Under the pieces are notes generated by a model. That model searched no databases. It saw only the letters and a program-made list of their open reading frames with translations, and had not been told where the DNA came from. A program made the position numbers and the translations under genes. This document shows, in pieces, positions 1 to 12,699 of a stretch of DNA of 64,000 bases (position 1 is the first letter of the stretch; every line of letters starts with the position of its first letter). Source of the DNA: Callorhinchus milii (Eukaryota); assembly GCF_018977255.1 (NCBI RefSeq), contig NW_024704742.1, positions 55,554,001-55,618,000 of the forward strand. Reading direction: 5' to 3'.

Positions 1-336
1 GAGGCCACTGAGTGGAGGGAGTGAGCAGGTTGGTTACGAGGTTGCAGAGGTGAGGGGACACAGGGCCACAGAGGACTTTGAAGGTGAGGACCAGGATCTT
101 GAACTGTATCCTCTGTGTGATGGGAAGCTAGTGAAGTCGGGTGAGGATGGGGATCATAAGGACACGGATCCTGGTGCGGGAGAGGACGTGGGCTGCAGAG
201 TTCAGGATGATCTGTAGCCTATGGAGGGAGGAGTTGGGGATGGCGCCAAGCAGGGAGTTTGCATAGTAAAGTCTCAATGTAATGAATGCATGTATGAGGG
301 TTTCAGCAGCCTGTGATGTGAGACAGTGGCGGAGAC
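1..336 (-). mobile_element. L2 LINE fragment (ORF2 C-terminal region), continues beyond window start
   Basis: Aligns by eye with L2 copies at 4800-4920, 5250-5390 and 9620-9880 (gaaggtgaggaccaggatcttgaac, gtttcagcagcctgtgatg). Confidence 0.9.
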
Positions 337-420
337 CGTGGGAGATTCAAAATGATTTCAGAATGTCTAACTCCTGATGGTCTATTGGAGAACACGCTTT
401 TATGTATTGTGTAGGCTGAG

Positions 421-520
421 CAACAACAACAACAAAATCACATTTGTAAAGCATCTTTCACATCGGGAGGATGTCCCAAGGTACTGGACAGACAGAGGTA
501 CAGACCTGAGTACTCCTTGG
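421..520 (-). mobile_element. L2 3' tail fragment
   Basis: (caa)n tail followed by aaatcacatttgtaaagcatctttcacatcgggaggatgtcccaagg, the reverse complement of the L2 terminus at 25950-26013. Confidence 0.85.
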
Positions 521-756
521 GGTGGAAGGGGTATCTTGATCTGATCCTCTGGGTACTGAAATAAAGATCTTTTCCAATCTAGGCTTCACCTAGCTACCAT
601 TCCTCGATTTATCTAGGTTTCTCTGCCCGAGGAGAAGCAGAGATATGGAGAGTCTGTGTAGTCCTGGAGATGCAGGAAAATAGAGGAAGATGATCTCAGA
701 GGCACAGAGGAAGGGAAGATGTAGCAAATATGGAATGGAATAGAAGGGAAGGACAA

Positions 757-860
757 ATTATAATAATCCTTGCATTTCAATATAGTGCCTTATCACTTCC
801 TTGATAAGTGCTTCACAGGATTTTACTGTGAGGTGTAGTGACAGTGGATTTGTACGCAAA
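757..860 (-). mobile_element. SINE 3' fragment
   Basis: taataatccttgcattt...tatagtgcc, the reverse complement of the SINE terminus (aaatgcaaggattattatt) at 63950-63978. Confidence 0.8.
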
Positions 861-939
861 TCCCATTTATCCATCTAATTATCAACACATTTACTGCTTT
901 TTCACATATTAAATGTAATGATCATTATTATGATGAAAG

Positions 940-990
940 AGTGTGTGTGTGTGTGAGAGAACGGTAGAGTATGTATGGGAGAGAGAGAGA
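940..990. repeat. (GT)n/(GA)n microsatellite
   Basis: gtgtgtgtgtgtgtgagaga ... gagagagagaga. Confidence 0.8.
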
Positions 991-2619
991 AACATGAAAG
1001 ATTTTGGATTGTGATATGATAATCTGGACTGGGCAGGGTCAATTGTATTTTTCTTTTTTAGATTACTGAGAATTCATTGAGTAAAGCTACATAAAGGTAA
1101 GTTGATATTGTTGTTAACTAGTAGGATAAACTGTCATACTCTCCATATAATATACAAATTAACTAATATACAAATAGGTAGAAAAACACGCAGAGAAATG
1201 TATATTAAGCATCATTCTGTCCTCCTTATTAATGTTAAAAAGCTTCAATTTATCATGCAAAAAATGCCTGAACACTGCCTTAGTATAATTGCCTTATAAT
1301 AGTAATATAATCCTTGCAGTTGATATAGCACCTTATCACTTCACTAAATTCTCCATGGGTTTGAATGTAAAAGCTGATTTGCGCACAGCGCAACCAACTA
1401 TTGAAGTGAATAACCATTTCTTTTTAATTTGTAGGATTGTTGGCCAAGGTACTGGTAGATAAAGAGTGAGTGAGGTAGGAGAACTGAGGCAGGGAGTTCC
1501 AGAGGTTAGTGATCAAAGGCATGGTCATTGATGGAGGTACGGAGGGGTCAGTGTTGCGCAGCAGAAATGATCATCTGATCATTATGGGTTGGCACAGTTG
1601 TGGGGTACAAAAGTTTAGCTGCTGCTGGGGTGGGAAGGGATTATATGTGAGTCTTGGCATTGAGATTGAACCCCGAACCTTGGAAGCAAGAGTGCTACAA
1701 ACTGAGCTAGGCTGGTGCATTTTACCATAGGCTGTAAAAAATACGAATTTACACTGCTGATTATCTCAATGCAAATTTAGTGACAGATAAACTAAAGACC
1801 TGTGCCTTAGTCATTTTAAAATGCAATTAGATGTTGACTGACAAAGGTAAATATACTTGCTTTAACCTGAAAATAAACCAGGAAAAAAACACTATAAACA
1901 GAGTGCGATCTGTGTACAGACAAAGCACAAATTAGCATTTCCCTTGCTGTCTTTGTTTGGCTGAAAGACAACCCTCACTTCCCCATTCAAAAGCTTTCTA
2001 GGTTGTGATAGGTGGAACAGTTTGATGAAGGTGAGTAGATCTTAAGTACTTTGTTGAAAACCGAGTTAACAATAAGGATTGCTTTCTTTTAGCATGAAAT
2101 TGGAGAAGCTCTTGCCTAAGGGTGTCTTTAAAGAATGACAATGCCTAATTATCATCAATACACAGTTAGCGCGGGGCAGTTAATACTGCTTCGCCTCAGC
2201 ACTGTGTGATTAAAAACTCTGTCATGGTTCAAAGGGAATACTTTGCTCAAATGAACCGTGGGAGAAAAAGCATATTGGGTGTTTCAAACACGTGTTTAAT
2301 TTTGGCTTGAAAGGAACTGGAACAAAAATTGTCAACCTTATGAATACATGACAAAAAGAACCTTGTGTAAACTGAACACTGGGCCCTCACATTGATATTT
2401 CAGCCCACTTTGATGGAGGTTAATAAGATAAAATAACATTTTGTTTTTTTATTCACAATGCCTAATTGTGTGGTTATGTTAGATGCATAGCAGGTTGTTT
2501 TGTGCAAGAAAACAATAAATGTTTTTTAAAATGAAGTGAAAGTGTAAATTGAGATTGTGTTGGGAAATGAGAATTCTTTCTTGTAATCAGAAGTATATAT
2601 AATCTTTGCATTTGATATA

Positions 2620-2808
2620 TTGGAATAACTTGCATTTATATAGCGCTCTTGGAGTGCAGATGGAGTCAGATACCAAGCAAGGGACAAGGAAAATGCAAAT
2701 GTAGCCATAGCCACATTCGAAGATGTAGTTTTTAAAGTGAGACTTAAAATCAGATAGAGAGGGGGCGAGATGGAGGGGTAGAGGGAGGAAGTTCCAGCGG
2801 TTAGGGAC
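2620..2808 (-). mobile_element. Old, diverged L2 3' fragment
   Basis: aacttgcatttatatagcgc tail plus a purine-rich body (gagatggaggggtagagggaggaagttccag) resembling the L2 3' ends elsewhere in the window. Confidence 0.6.
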
Positions 2809-3150
2809 CTTATATCACATCATCAAGATTTTCAAAGTGCTTCACAGGGTTTACTGTCTGTGTGATTTACTATCCTTGTATTTGTAGACAAGCACATCCA
2901 TTTTGCACATACAATGTCCCACAAATAGACATGAAGTGAATCATCAGTCTTATGTAGAGGTTTGTTGTCTGGAGACCAGGGAAAATTTCCTGCTCTTGTG
3001 GAATAGTGCCATGGGATCTTTAACCAGCAGAAGGGACTTTGGTTCAACATCTCATCTGAAAGCCAGGACCTCCAACAATGCAGCCCTGGGACAATGCAGC
3101 TCTCCTCTAGCACTACATTAAGGTGTCAGCGGAGACCGTGTGAGCTGAAA
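2809..3150 (-). mobile_element. Deu-domain (SacSINE1-like) SINE
   Basis: Reverse complement contains gatgagatgttgaacc...aaagatcccatggcactattc, a Deu-domain-type motif, followed by the shared tail (tgtgggacattg...ctgtgaagcacttt). Confidence 0.75.
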
Positions 3151-3657
3151 GTCAAGACCATCAGCAATTAGAAGGCAACAATTAGATGACCAGCATTGAG
3201 TTCCACCTAAAATTAGTGTGAACCATTTAAAGTTCAAAATGTTCAGAGGTGGTCTTCTGGCTCGGGTTTACAATTTTACTGCCAGTGTAAAGGCGACATC
3301 TCTTCACAAAGTTTGTATGCACAATGTGTGCAAAACCCCACTGTGTTTAAAGATAACAGTGAAGTCTGCAGTGGAACTCAATGTTGCCAACTCACGCTGT
3401 TCCACCTCAGGGTGCCTGCCGAACAACACTGTCATATTGTGCAGCTTTGAACTCCACTTCCCCATTCTCATCAGATTGGCTAGTGATCTGTTCATTTTAA
3501 TTTTTCATTAATTTATTCATATTTCACATTCATTGTCATGTTTTATATCCAAATATCCCCCCCCCCACCTCTCCCCCCCCACACACACTTACAACAATTT
3601 TACCAACAAATTATGCAGTCAATTCACTTTACAGTGCATTGTGGAGTCCTGTAGCTA

Positions 3658-4148
3658 CAACAACAACAAGAAAATTACATTTGTACAGAGCTTTTCACGT
3701 TGGGAGGACGTCCCAAGGCGCTGGACAGTCAGAGTTTCGGACCTGAGCTGGGGGTTGGGATTGGGGAGGGTGGAGGACACGGGGTGTAATCGGTGTCATC
3801 GAAAGAACAGTCGAAGAGGAGGGTCTTGAGATGGGTCTTGAAGGAGACAAGGGAGGGGGCGAGATGGAAGACTGCGGGATGGAGTTCCAGAGGGTGGGGG
3901 CAGAGTGGCTGAAGGCCCACCCACCAATGGTGGTGTAGGCAAGGCTGGGGACGTGAAGCAAGCCGGAGGCCACTGAGTGGAGGGAGTGAGCAGGTTGGTT
4001 ACGAGGTTGCAGAGGTGAGGGGGCACAGGGCCACGGAGGGCTTTGAAGGCGATGTCGCCAAGCAGGGAGTTTGCATAGTAAAGTCTTGATGTAATGAATA
4101 CATGTATGAGGGTTTCAGCAGCCTGTGATGTGGGACAGTGGCGGAGAC
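3658..4148 (-). mobile_element. L2 3' fragment with intact tail and ~154-bp internal deletion
   Basis: (caa)n tail at 3658; ORF 3695-3973 (GLLHVP...TIGGWAFSHSAPTLWNSIP) is the L2 ORF2 C-terminus. Confidence 0.9.
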
Positions 4149-4646
4149 CGTAGGAGATTCAAAGTGATTTCAGAAGGTCTAATTCCTGATGGTCTATTGG
4201 AGAACACACTTTTATGTATCGTGCAGGCTGAGCAACAACAACAAAATCACATTTGTAAAGCATCTTTCACATCGGGAGGATGTCCCAAGGTACTGGACAG
4301 ACAGAGGTACAGACCTGAGTACTCCTTGGGATGGAAGGGGTATCTTAATCTGATCCTCTGGGTACTGAAATAAAGATCTTTTCCAATCTAGGCTTCACCT
4401 AGCTACCATTCCTCGATTTTTCTAGGTTTTTCTGCCCGAGGAAAAGCAGTGATATGGAGAATCTGTGTAGTCCTGGAGATGTAGGAAAATAGAGGAGTAT
4501 GATCTCAGAGGCACAGAGGAAGGGAAGATGTAGCAAATATGGAAACAGAATCGAAGGGAAGGACAAATTATAATAATCCTTGGATTTCGATATAGTGCCT
4601 TATCACTTCCTTGATAAGTGCTTCACAGGATTTTACTGTGAGGTGT
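3966..4646 (+). repeat. Second copy of a local direct duplication (first copy 1-836)
   Basis: Colinear near-identity with 1-836 across TE junctions and non-TE sequence; lacks the equivalent of 85-238. Confidence 0.92.
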
Positions 4647-6246
4647 GACAGAATGGCAGAAGGCCCACCCACCAATGGTGGGGCGAGTGAGGTGGGAGAC
4701 ATGAAGCAGGCCGGAGCACACTGAACGGAGGAAGTGGGCAGAATGGAAGGGGGTTAGTAGGTCGCAGACGTAGGGGGGAACGAGGCCATGGAGGGTTTTG
4801 AAGGTGAGGACCAGGATCTTGAACTGTATCCTCTGTGTGATGGGAAGCCAGTGGAGTCGGGTGAGGATGGGGTGACAGGATCATGGAGCCTGGTGCGGGA
4901 GAGGACACGTGCTTCAGAGTTATAATTATATAATAATAATCCTTGCATTTGATTTAGCGCTTTTCACCTCTTCTAGACGTCTCAAAGTGCTTCACAGAAT
5001 ATGCTGTAAAGTGAATTGACTGTATATTTATGGGCGAAACATGGCAGCCAATTGCACACAGCAGTGTCCCACGAACAGTCGTGGATTGAAAATGACCAAT
5101 TTATTATTGTTTTTTGTTTTGGAGGGATTATTATTAGGCGTGTGGAGTAAGGAAACTTGCCCAAGGTTTCCCCCTGACTGGAATTGAACCCAGGTGACTC
5201 GCTTGCAAGGCGAGTGCTCTAACCACTGAGCTATAGGACTCCACTGAAGTTCTGGATGATCTGTAGCCTATGGATGGAGGATTTGGGGAGGTCGACAAAC
5301 AAGAAGTTTGCACAGTTGAGCCTCGATGTAATGAAAGTGTGTATGAGGGTTTTGGCAGCCTGTGATGAGAGACAGTGGCGGAGCCGGGCGATGTTGCAGT
5401 GGTGGGGGAAGGCAGAGCAGGTCATGGCACAGATATGGGGTAGAAAGGGTAGTTGAGGGTCAAACAAGATGCCAAGGTTCTAGACTGGCTTAGTGAGGTG
5501 GAGTGTGCAACCATAGATGGTGATGCTGTCACCAACTGAGGTGAGGAAGTGCTGACTGGAGCCAATCAGGAGAGCCTCGGTCTTGTTGACGTTCAACTGA
5601 AGAAAATTAGCTCTCATCCAGGACTTGATGTCTGACAGACATTCTGTCAGGACAGCAGTGATCCTGGAGTCAAGTGTGGAGACAGAGAGGTAGAGTTGGG
5701 CATCATTCGCATACATGTGGAAGTTGACCCCATGTTTATGGATGATGTCACCAAGAGGGAGCATATAGATATTGAAGAGGAGGGACCAAGGACAGAGCCC
5801 CGATGAAAGCCATATGAGATGGTCCGGGGGCTAGAGGAGAAACCGATTGTGGAGATGAAGTGCAGGCGGTATGAGAGGTATGAACTGAACCAGTCAAGGA
5901 CAGAGCTGTGATGATTGAGGTGAGAGGAGAAGTAGTGGATGCGGATAGAGTGGTCGAAATTGTCAAAGGTAGCAGAGAGGTCAAGGAGGATGAGGAGGCA
6001 GAGGGAGCCCTGGTCGCAGATGGACAGAATGTCATTTGTCACTTCGACTAGGGCTGTTTCTGTGTTGTGGGCAGCACGGAAACCCAATTGGAAGGGTTCA
6101 TGAAGGGAGAGGAAGGAGTGAAGCTGGGAAAGAACAACTCGTTCCAGGATCATGGAGAGGAAAGAGAGGTTGGAGGTAGGGCGGTAGTTTGAGAGTAGAG
6201 ATGGGTGCAGGGAAGGTTTTTTTGAGAATAGGAGTGATGACGGCCG
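4647..6246 (-). mobile_element. L2 ORF2 (RT) remnant, split by a SINE at 4922-5242
   Basis: Frameshifted RT motifs: GFRAAHNTETAL, LLDLSATFD, GSVLGP, MYAND (decayed YADD), NFLQLNVNKTEAL. Confidence 0.93.
4922..5242 (-). mobile_element. Full-length tRNA-headed SINE (short form)
   Basis: Reverse complement starts ggagtcctatagctcagtggttagagc (Pol III A box), has a ggttcaattcc B box, and ends with the tail aaatgcaaggattattatt. Confidence 0.92.
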
Positions 6247-6984
6247 TATACTCTCTTATTGGTGGACATAAATTGTAAATCATCAGTTAGAAGTTTGACA
6301 AAGTTGAAATCAAGTCAATTACAGGATGTCATTTAAAGGTAAATTAAATGTTAAACATATAAACATTGATGGGGAAAAGCAGGCATATAAAACAATTACA
6401 TGGGGAGCACTGCACAGGCACAATTGGCCACATGGGTTCCTTCTATGCTGAGATTTACTTTGTATGTGATAAAATACTACGACTGAAAGTCTATAAGGTT
6501 TAGGGAAGGTGGCAATTTCCAATGGAAACACTGGCCTAATCATTAAATTTTCTAAACATTGTCTGTTGGTGGACTGTTTGCCTCACAGCCTTAAGGCAGA
6601 GGACCCCTGCAGTCAGGAAGCTGAGACAGTTTGGGATTGAATGGCTACAATCAGTGCTGCTCTGTGATTAGCTGCAGGAGGCACTGCCTACACGAGAGAC
6701 AAGAGACACACACAGTCGGAGACACATGAGTTGTAGTCAAAAAACTCTGCAAGTAAACTCACCAAGAATTCCCTGAATTTATGATGCATATGCACACCAG
6801 AAGAACGTGGCTGGACATTTGCCACTAATATTTTTAATGAATCAGTGATTTACCACAAAAGAAAACACAACCTATAATTTGTCTCATTCTAACTATGCAA
6901 TTAGACTTTTCCATAACAAAACGTTTCTTTAATGAATTTCTGTGTTCCTGAAAACAAGAAAGAGCTTTTATTTTTAGGGCACTT

Positions 6985-7330
6985 AATCATGTTGCTTTCA
7001 TCATGTCCAGGCTTGACTATGCTTACTCCCTGTTCACCCGACTTTCCTATTTTCTACAAGCTACAGATTGCTCAGAACTCTGCAGCTCATACCTCTCCCA
7101 CACCAAGCTCTGAGAGCTGATCACCACCATGCTCACCTGGCTTCATTGGCACACTTTTCCCCAGAGGATCGAGTATAAGATACTCATCCTCTCTTTTAAA
7201 GCCCTCTTCTGGGACCTACTAAAACCTCCCCACGTCCTTCGCTCAGTTGGCACTGGCCTGCTCCATGATCCCCGCCCTGCCCACTCCACCATTGGTGATC
7301 AGGCCTCCAGTCTTTCTGCTTCCACTCTCT
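6985..7330 (+). mobile_element. Old L2 ORF2 C-terminal fragment
   Basis: KLQIAQNSAA, LHWHTFPQRIEYKILILSFKAL and STIGDQASS are decayed L2 C-terminal motifs. Confidence 0.8.
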
Positions 7331-7734
7331 TGTTTATTGACTAGAAGACCAGGTGAAACGCCCTTCTCTTTTCAAATAGTACCATGAGATCAATACTTCA
7401 CCTATTTAATCAAATAAATCAACACAGAACTGGAATCAAGTCATGCACTTTCCAAGTCTTTATTCTTTGCTCAGCTGATATAGCACAGTTAATGTAGTGT
7501 TTACAGTAATAAAGACTAAATAAACAGCTGGATTAATACTGTAATAGGTTAGGAACTGAAAGTCTGTAGAATATGGAGAAATTGCTCATGGAACTTGAAA
7601 CTTAGTTTGCTAATAAGAATTGAATATTATTTAAGTATCTTATTAAAGCTGATTTATTTGTTGATTGGGTAACCACAGAATAAGTTTCCTTTATCTGTAA
7701 AAAAAACTGCTCTAAATTTGATACATACAAAATA

Positions 7735-8372
7735 TACAGTATAATACAAAATTACACTTGTGAATGCGCCTTTCATGTCGGGAGAACTCCCCAGGCGCTG
7801 AACAGTCAGGGTCATTAGGACCTGAGCTGGGTGGGGTGGGGTGGGGTGGGGGGGGAATTGGGCCAGGGAGGGTGGAGGGCAAAGAGGGCAGGATGGTTGC
7901 CAAAGGCATGGTCGAAGAGGAGGATCTTGAGCAGGTCATGGCACAGATGTGGGGTAGAAAGGACAGTTGAGGGTCGAAAAAGACGCCTAGATTCCTGACT
8001 GGCTTGGTGAGGTGGAGTGTGCATTTGTGGATGCTGATGCTGCCAGTGCCTGAGGTGCGGAGGCGCTGGTGCGAGCCAATCAATAGGGCCTCAGTCTTGC
8101 TGACATTCAACTGTAGAAAGTTAGCTCTCATCCAGGACTTGATATCTGACAGACATTCTGTCAGGATGTCAGTTGTCCTGGAGTTGAAGGTGGAGGCAGA
8201 GAGACAAAGTTGGGTGTCATCCGCATAAATGTGAAAGTTGACCTCATGTCTGTGGATGATGCCACCAAGAGCGAGCATGTACAGGTTAAAGAGGAGAGGA
8301 CCAAGGACAGAGCCCTGAGGAACACTGCACTAGATGGTGTGGGGGCTAGAGGAGAAGCCATTTGTGGAGATT
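7735..8372 (-). mobile_element. L2 fragment with tail and large internal deletion
   Basis: ORF 7712-8278 has YADDTQL, NFLQLNVSKTEAL and RNLGVFFD, then jumps to the 3' end. Confidence 0.92.
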
Positions 8373-9417
8373 ATCTTGAACATTATCTTGAAAGAAATAT
8401 TATTCAGTAATTTTTGTTTATTTGATTTAAATGCAACTGGTATTTACATGTAAATTATATTAATTGGAAAACAGACTTCCACTACGATTCAAAAATATAG
8501 AATTTTTGTTTTACGAAAAACTGAATATATTTATCCCAATATACATAAAATGTCAACAAATATGAAAAGCTCTTCTGATTTATATAAGCAATTAGACCAA
8601 TCATATAATAGTTTCCTCCTGACTTTGAAATTTGGATTTAACAATCTCACCTTTTGGGAATAACACAAATTAATTGCACTAATTAGAAGTAATTTGAATG
8701 TCTAATTAAGTTTAATATAGAGCAGAATTTACTATTAACGCATTCATTGCAAGAAAAAGTACCTTGTTATTTCAATATTAAAGTTTAAACATGCAGACAC
8801 ATCCATTTTCTGCACAGAAATAGGTCAATTCCTAATCTTGTCCATGTTAATGCTTCTTGTTTTTCTAAATCTAATTAAATATTAAAATTCTTAAGATTGT
8901 ACTGCTCAGCCGCTTATCCTGTTCCCTTTTGAAAGATTATTTGCATCCATCCAGACTCAATAGCCATGTGTGGTAATAAATTCCAAACCCAAACACAACC
9001 CTCTGAGTAAAGAAAGGTACAGGCATACCCTCTATGGGGAAGAAATTCCAGCAGCCAAATAGTTCAAGAGTAAAATTTTTAGTGCTCGTTCAGCAATGTA
9101 CAAATATTTCATGAGCAGCTCTCATTACTAATTACACCGTCCAGCAAGCGGAAAGAGTTGCGATTAGTCACAGCCTGGCATATGAGGAGCCCTCTGACAA
9201 GATAGGGAACAAGACATAGAACCACACAAATGGGAGGGGTTTTACAAGGCTGCAACACAGAATTATCAATGAAACCTGGGAACCTAGCTTTTATTAGAGA
9301 AAATATATGTCGGGAGTACTGCAGCTATCATGCTCCCAAGCATTGCCCTCTTTCTCTCCACCATTGTGAATCACGACCCAAAAAGGACAGTTTACAAAAC
9401 TTTACAGAAAGTTACAT

Positions 9418-11850
9418 GGTGGCTGATGGCATGGTCGAAGACGAGGGTTTTGAGGCAGGACTTGAAGGAGGCTAAGGAGGGGGCAAGGCGGAGTGACTGG
9501 GGGATTGAATTCCAAAGATTAGGGGCAGAGTGGCTGAAGGCTCTCCCGCCAATGGTGGGGCAGGTGGGTCGGGGGTTAGGAGGTCGCAGAGTTAGGGTGA
9601 GGCGAGGCCATGGAGGGCTTTGTAGGTGAGGACCAGGATCTTGAACAGGATCTTCTGAAGGATAGCAGGCCAGTGGAGTTGGGCGAGAGTGGGGGAGATG
9701 TGGTCACGGAGTTTGGTGCGGGAGAGGACACGAGCTGCAGAGTTCTGGATTATCTGCAGCCTGTGGAGGGTGGAATTGGGAAGGCCGACAAGCAGGACAT
9801 TTGCATAGTCGAGCCTGGAGGCGATAAAGGGATGAACAAGAGTTTCAGCGGCCTGAGGGGTGAGGTAGTGGTGGAGTCGGGCGATGTTACGAAGGTGAGG
9901 GAAGGCAGAGCGGGTCATGGCTTGAATGTAGGGGAGAAAAGACAGTTGAGGGTTGAACAAGACACCTCGGTTCCTGACTGGCTGGTGAGTTGTAGTGAGC
10001 AACCGTGGAGGTTGATGTTGCCAGAGCCTGAGGTGCTGAGGCGCTGATGTGAGCCAATCAGGAGGGCCTCAGTCTTGTTCGCATTCAACTGTAGGAAATT
10101 TGCCCTCATCCGGGACTTGATGTCCGACAGACAGTCTGTCAGGACAGCAGTGGTCCTGGAGTTGAGGGTGGAGGCAGAAAGATAGAGTTGGGTGTCATCC
10201 GCATACATGTGGAAGTTGACCGCATGTCTGCGGATGATGTCACCAAGGGAGAGTATGTAGATATTAAAGAGGAGAGGGACAAGGACAGAGCTCTGGGTGA
10301 TGCCAGACGTGATAGTGCGGGGCTGGAGGGGAAACCGTTAGAGGCAACAAAGTGGAGATGGTGAGAGAGATAGGAACCAGGCAAGGGCAGGTCCGCGAAG
10401 ATTAAATATGGAGGAGAGGCGGTGTATGAGGATGGAGTGGTCGGCAGTGTCAAAGGCGGCAGAGAGGTCGAGGAGGACAAGGAGGCAGAGGGAGCCCTGA
10501 TCACAGATGTTCAGAATGTCATTAGTGACTTTGACCAGGGCTGTTTCCGTGCTGTGGGCAGCGCAGAAACTAGATTGGAGGGGTTCAAAGAGGGAATAGC
10601 GAGAAAGAAAGGAGCGGAGCTGGAACACAATGACTCATTTCAGGACCTTGGAGAGGAATGGGAGGTTAGAGATGGGGTGGTAGCTGAAGAGGTGGGATGA
10701 GTCCAAGGAAGGTTTTTTCAGGATAGGGGTGATGGCGGCTGTTTTTAGGAAGGTGGGAACTGAACCAGAGGACAAGGAGAGGTTGATGATTTCGGACAGG
10801 AGAGGGGCCAGAAGGTGGAGCTGGGATATGAGGAGAGAGGTGGGGATGGGATTGAGGGAGCAGATGGTGGGTTTGAGTTTGCGAACAATCGCGGCGAGGG
10901 AGGAGGGAGAGATAGGGTCGAAGGAGTATGGGGGGGATGGGTGGGAGGTGGGTCACCAAGGACAGGTGATGTGGGGGTGGCTGTGGATGGGGCTGAGGTG
11001 GCTGAACGTATCCTCTCGATTTTAGATTCGAGGAAGTCCAGCATCTCCTCACAGTTGGAGTTTGAGGAGAGGATTGGCGAGATATGGGAGGGTGGATGGA
11101 GGAGACAGTTTGTGGTGGAAAAGAGAAGCCTGGGGTTGTCCTTTGCCTCCAAGATAACCTTGGCGTAGAAGGAGGATTTGGCAGAGGCAAGAGCGCAGTG
11201 ATAGGTCTTGGTTTGGTGAAGCCAAATCTGCCAATGGACCGTTAGTTTGGATTTGGTCCAGAAGCGTTCGGCAGCTCGCACTTGTGCCTTGAGGGAATGG
11301 AGATGGCTGGTGTACCAGGGGGATTTACGGGAGTATGAGGCAGTTGAGGAGGGCAAGGGAGTCCAGAATGGAGGAGGGGAGATTGGTCACGGAGGGCCAG
11401 AGGTGTAGGAGTTCAGATGACTCCAGGGCAGTAGAGAGGGAGAAGGAGGAAATTTTTTTGCACGGACGGTATGTGATAGTGGAGAGTTGGGAAAGGTTAA
11501 GGAAGCATTGAGGGAGATGAAGTGGTGGTCCGAGATGGCTTCATCGATGATGGTGATGTAGGAAACAGTGAGGCCCCGGGTGATCACCAGGTCAAGGGGG
11601 TGGCCACGGTCGTGGGTGGGGGAGTGGATGAGGAGGGAGAGATTAAGGGAAGAGAGGAGGGAGGAGAAGTTGGCAAAGGCAGAGCAGGAGGGGGTGAAGT
11701 GGAGGTTGAAGTTGACTAAGATTAGGAGGCGTTCAGAGGAGAGGGAGAGGGAAGATGGGGGGGTGGAGATGTCTGAGAGGAAGGTGGGGGAAGGCTTGGG
11801 GAGATGGTAAACAAGGAGGATTTTGAGGGAAAGCCTGGAGGGGTGGTAGT
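9418..11850 (-). mobile_element. L2 LINE, most of ORF2 (partial APE endonuclease + RT), frameshifted
   Basis: ISDHH (APE), SPWYT...[42 protein letters not shown] and LHW motifs in successive minus-strand ORFs. Confidence 0.95.
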
Positions 11851-12699
11851 GGAATTACACTTGTACAGATTACACACAGATGGGATAAGAAAATTCAACA
11901 TGCTTTACCTTAATCTTTTGGAAGCGATGTTTAATTAGATAGTGAAGCCTGGATTTTCATTTGTGTGAATAGTCACACCAGATTAGTTTCTACATTGTTG
12001 GTGGATATTGAAGTGTTCAGGCAAATATCTTTCTTTTGTTTATCCTTCAAACATCAAAGGAAACCCACACCATATCCTACTAGTCAAAGTGAGGGTGACA
12101 ATTGTCAAAGTAGGGATGCAAATTTTGTGAAAATAATTTCAAGAGAAACAAATATTGCCTCAGCCATGAAGGCAGCCCCCTGCCTTTTTCACTGTTAATT
12201 CTGAAAACCTTGTGAATTGGACATAGTACACTAATTTTGCTGCTTCACACCCCATTAACCTTTCCCATCCACATTACTTGCTTAGGTGATCATCATGCGC
12301 AAAATTATTTTTTNACCTAAGAGGCATGCCATACTATGCAGCTGCTAGTGTAGATGTGGGGGATTGAATTCTTTGTTTGTGAATTCAGAATAAAATGTGA
12401 GTAAGGTATTCATTTGTGGCTAATGGTATCTGTGAAACTATTCTGGTTGAATATTATAATCCTTGCATTATAATAGTGCCTCACCACATCATTCAGATGT
12501 CTCAAAGTGCTTCACAGGATTTTACTGTGGTATTAGTTGTGTAAGGTGACCAGCTTTGCAAAGTTAGAAAGTGGTCAGGGATTGGGTTACAAAATGCACC
12601 ATGAGAGGAAATACTGCCCTACTCCATTTGAGAAAACCATTCCCTCCTTTCCCTGGCCATTTCAATGAATAAAATGTAACCAAAGGTATCATCTGTAAT

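Noticed and set aside
9230..11810. Gly/Glu/Arg-rich plus-strand ORFs and Pro/Ser-rich minus-strand ORFs
   Set aside because: Antisense or alternative-frame shadows of the C-rich L2 ORF2.
12314..12314. Single N bases (12314 and 55745)
   Set aside because: Both follow homopolymer runs; base-calling ambiguity, not biology.
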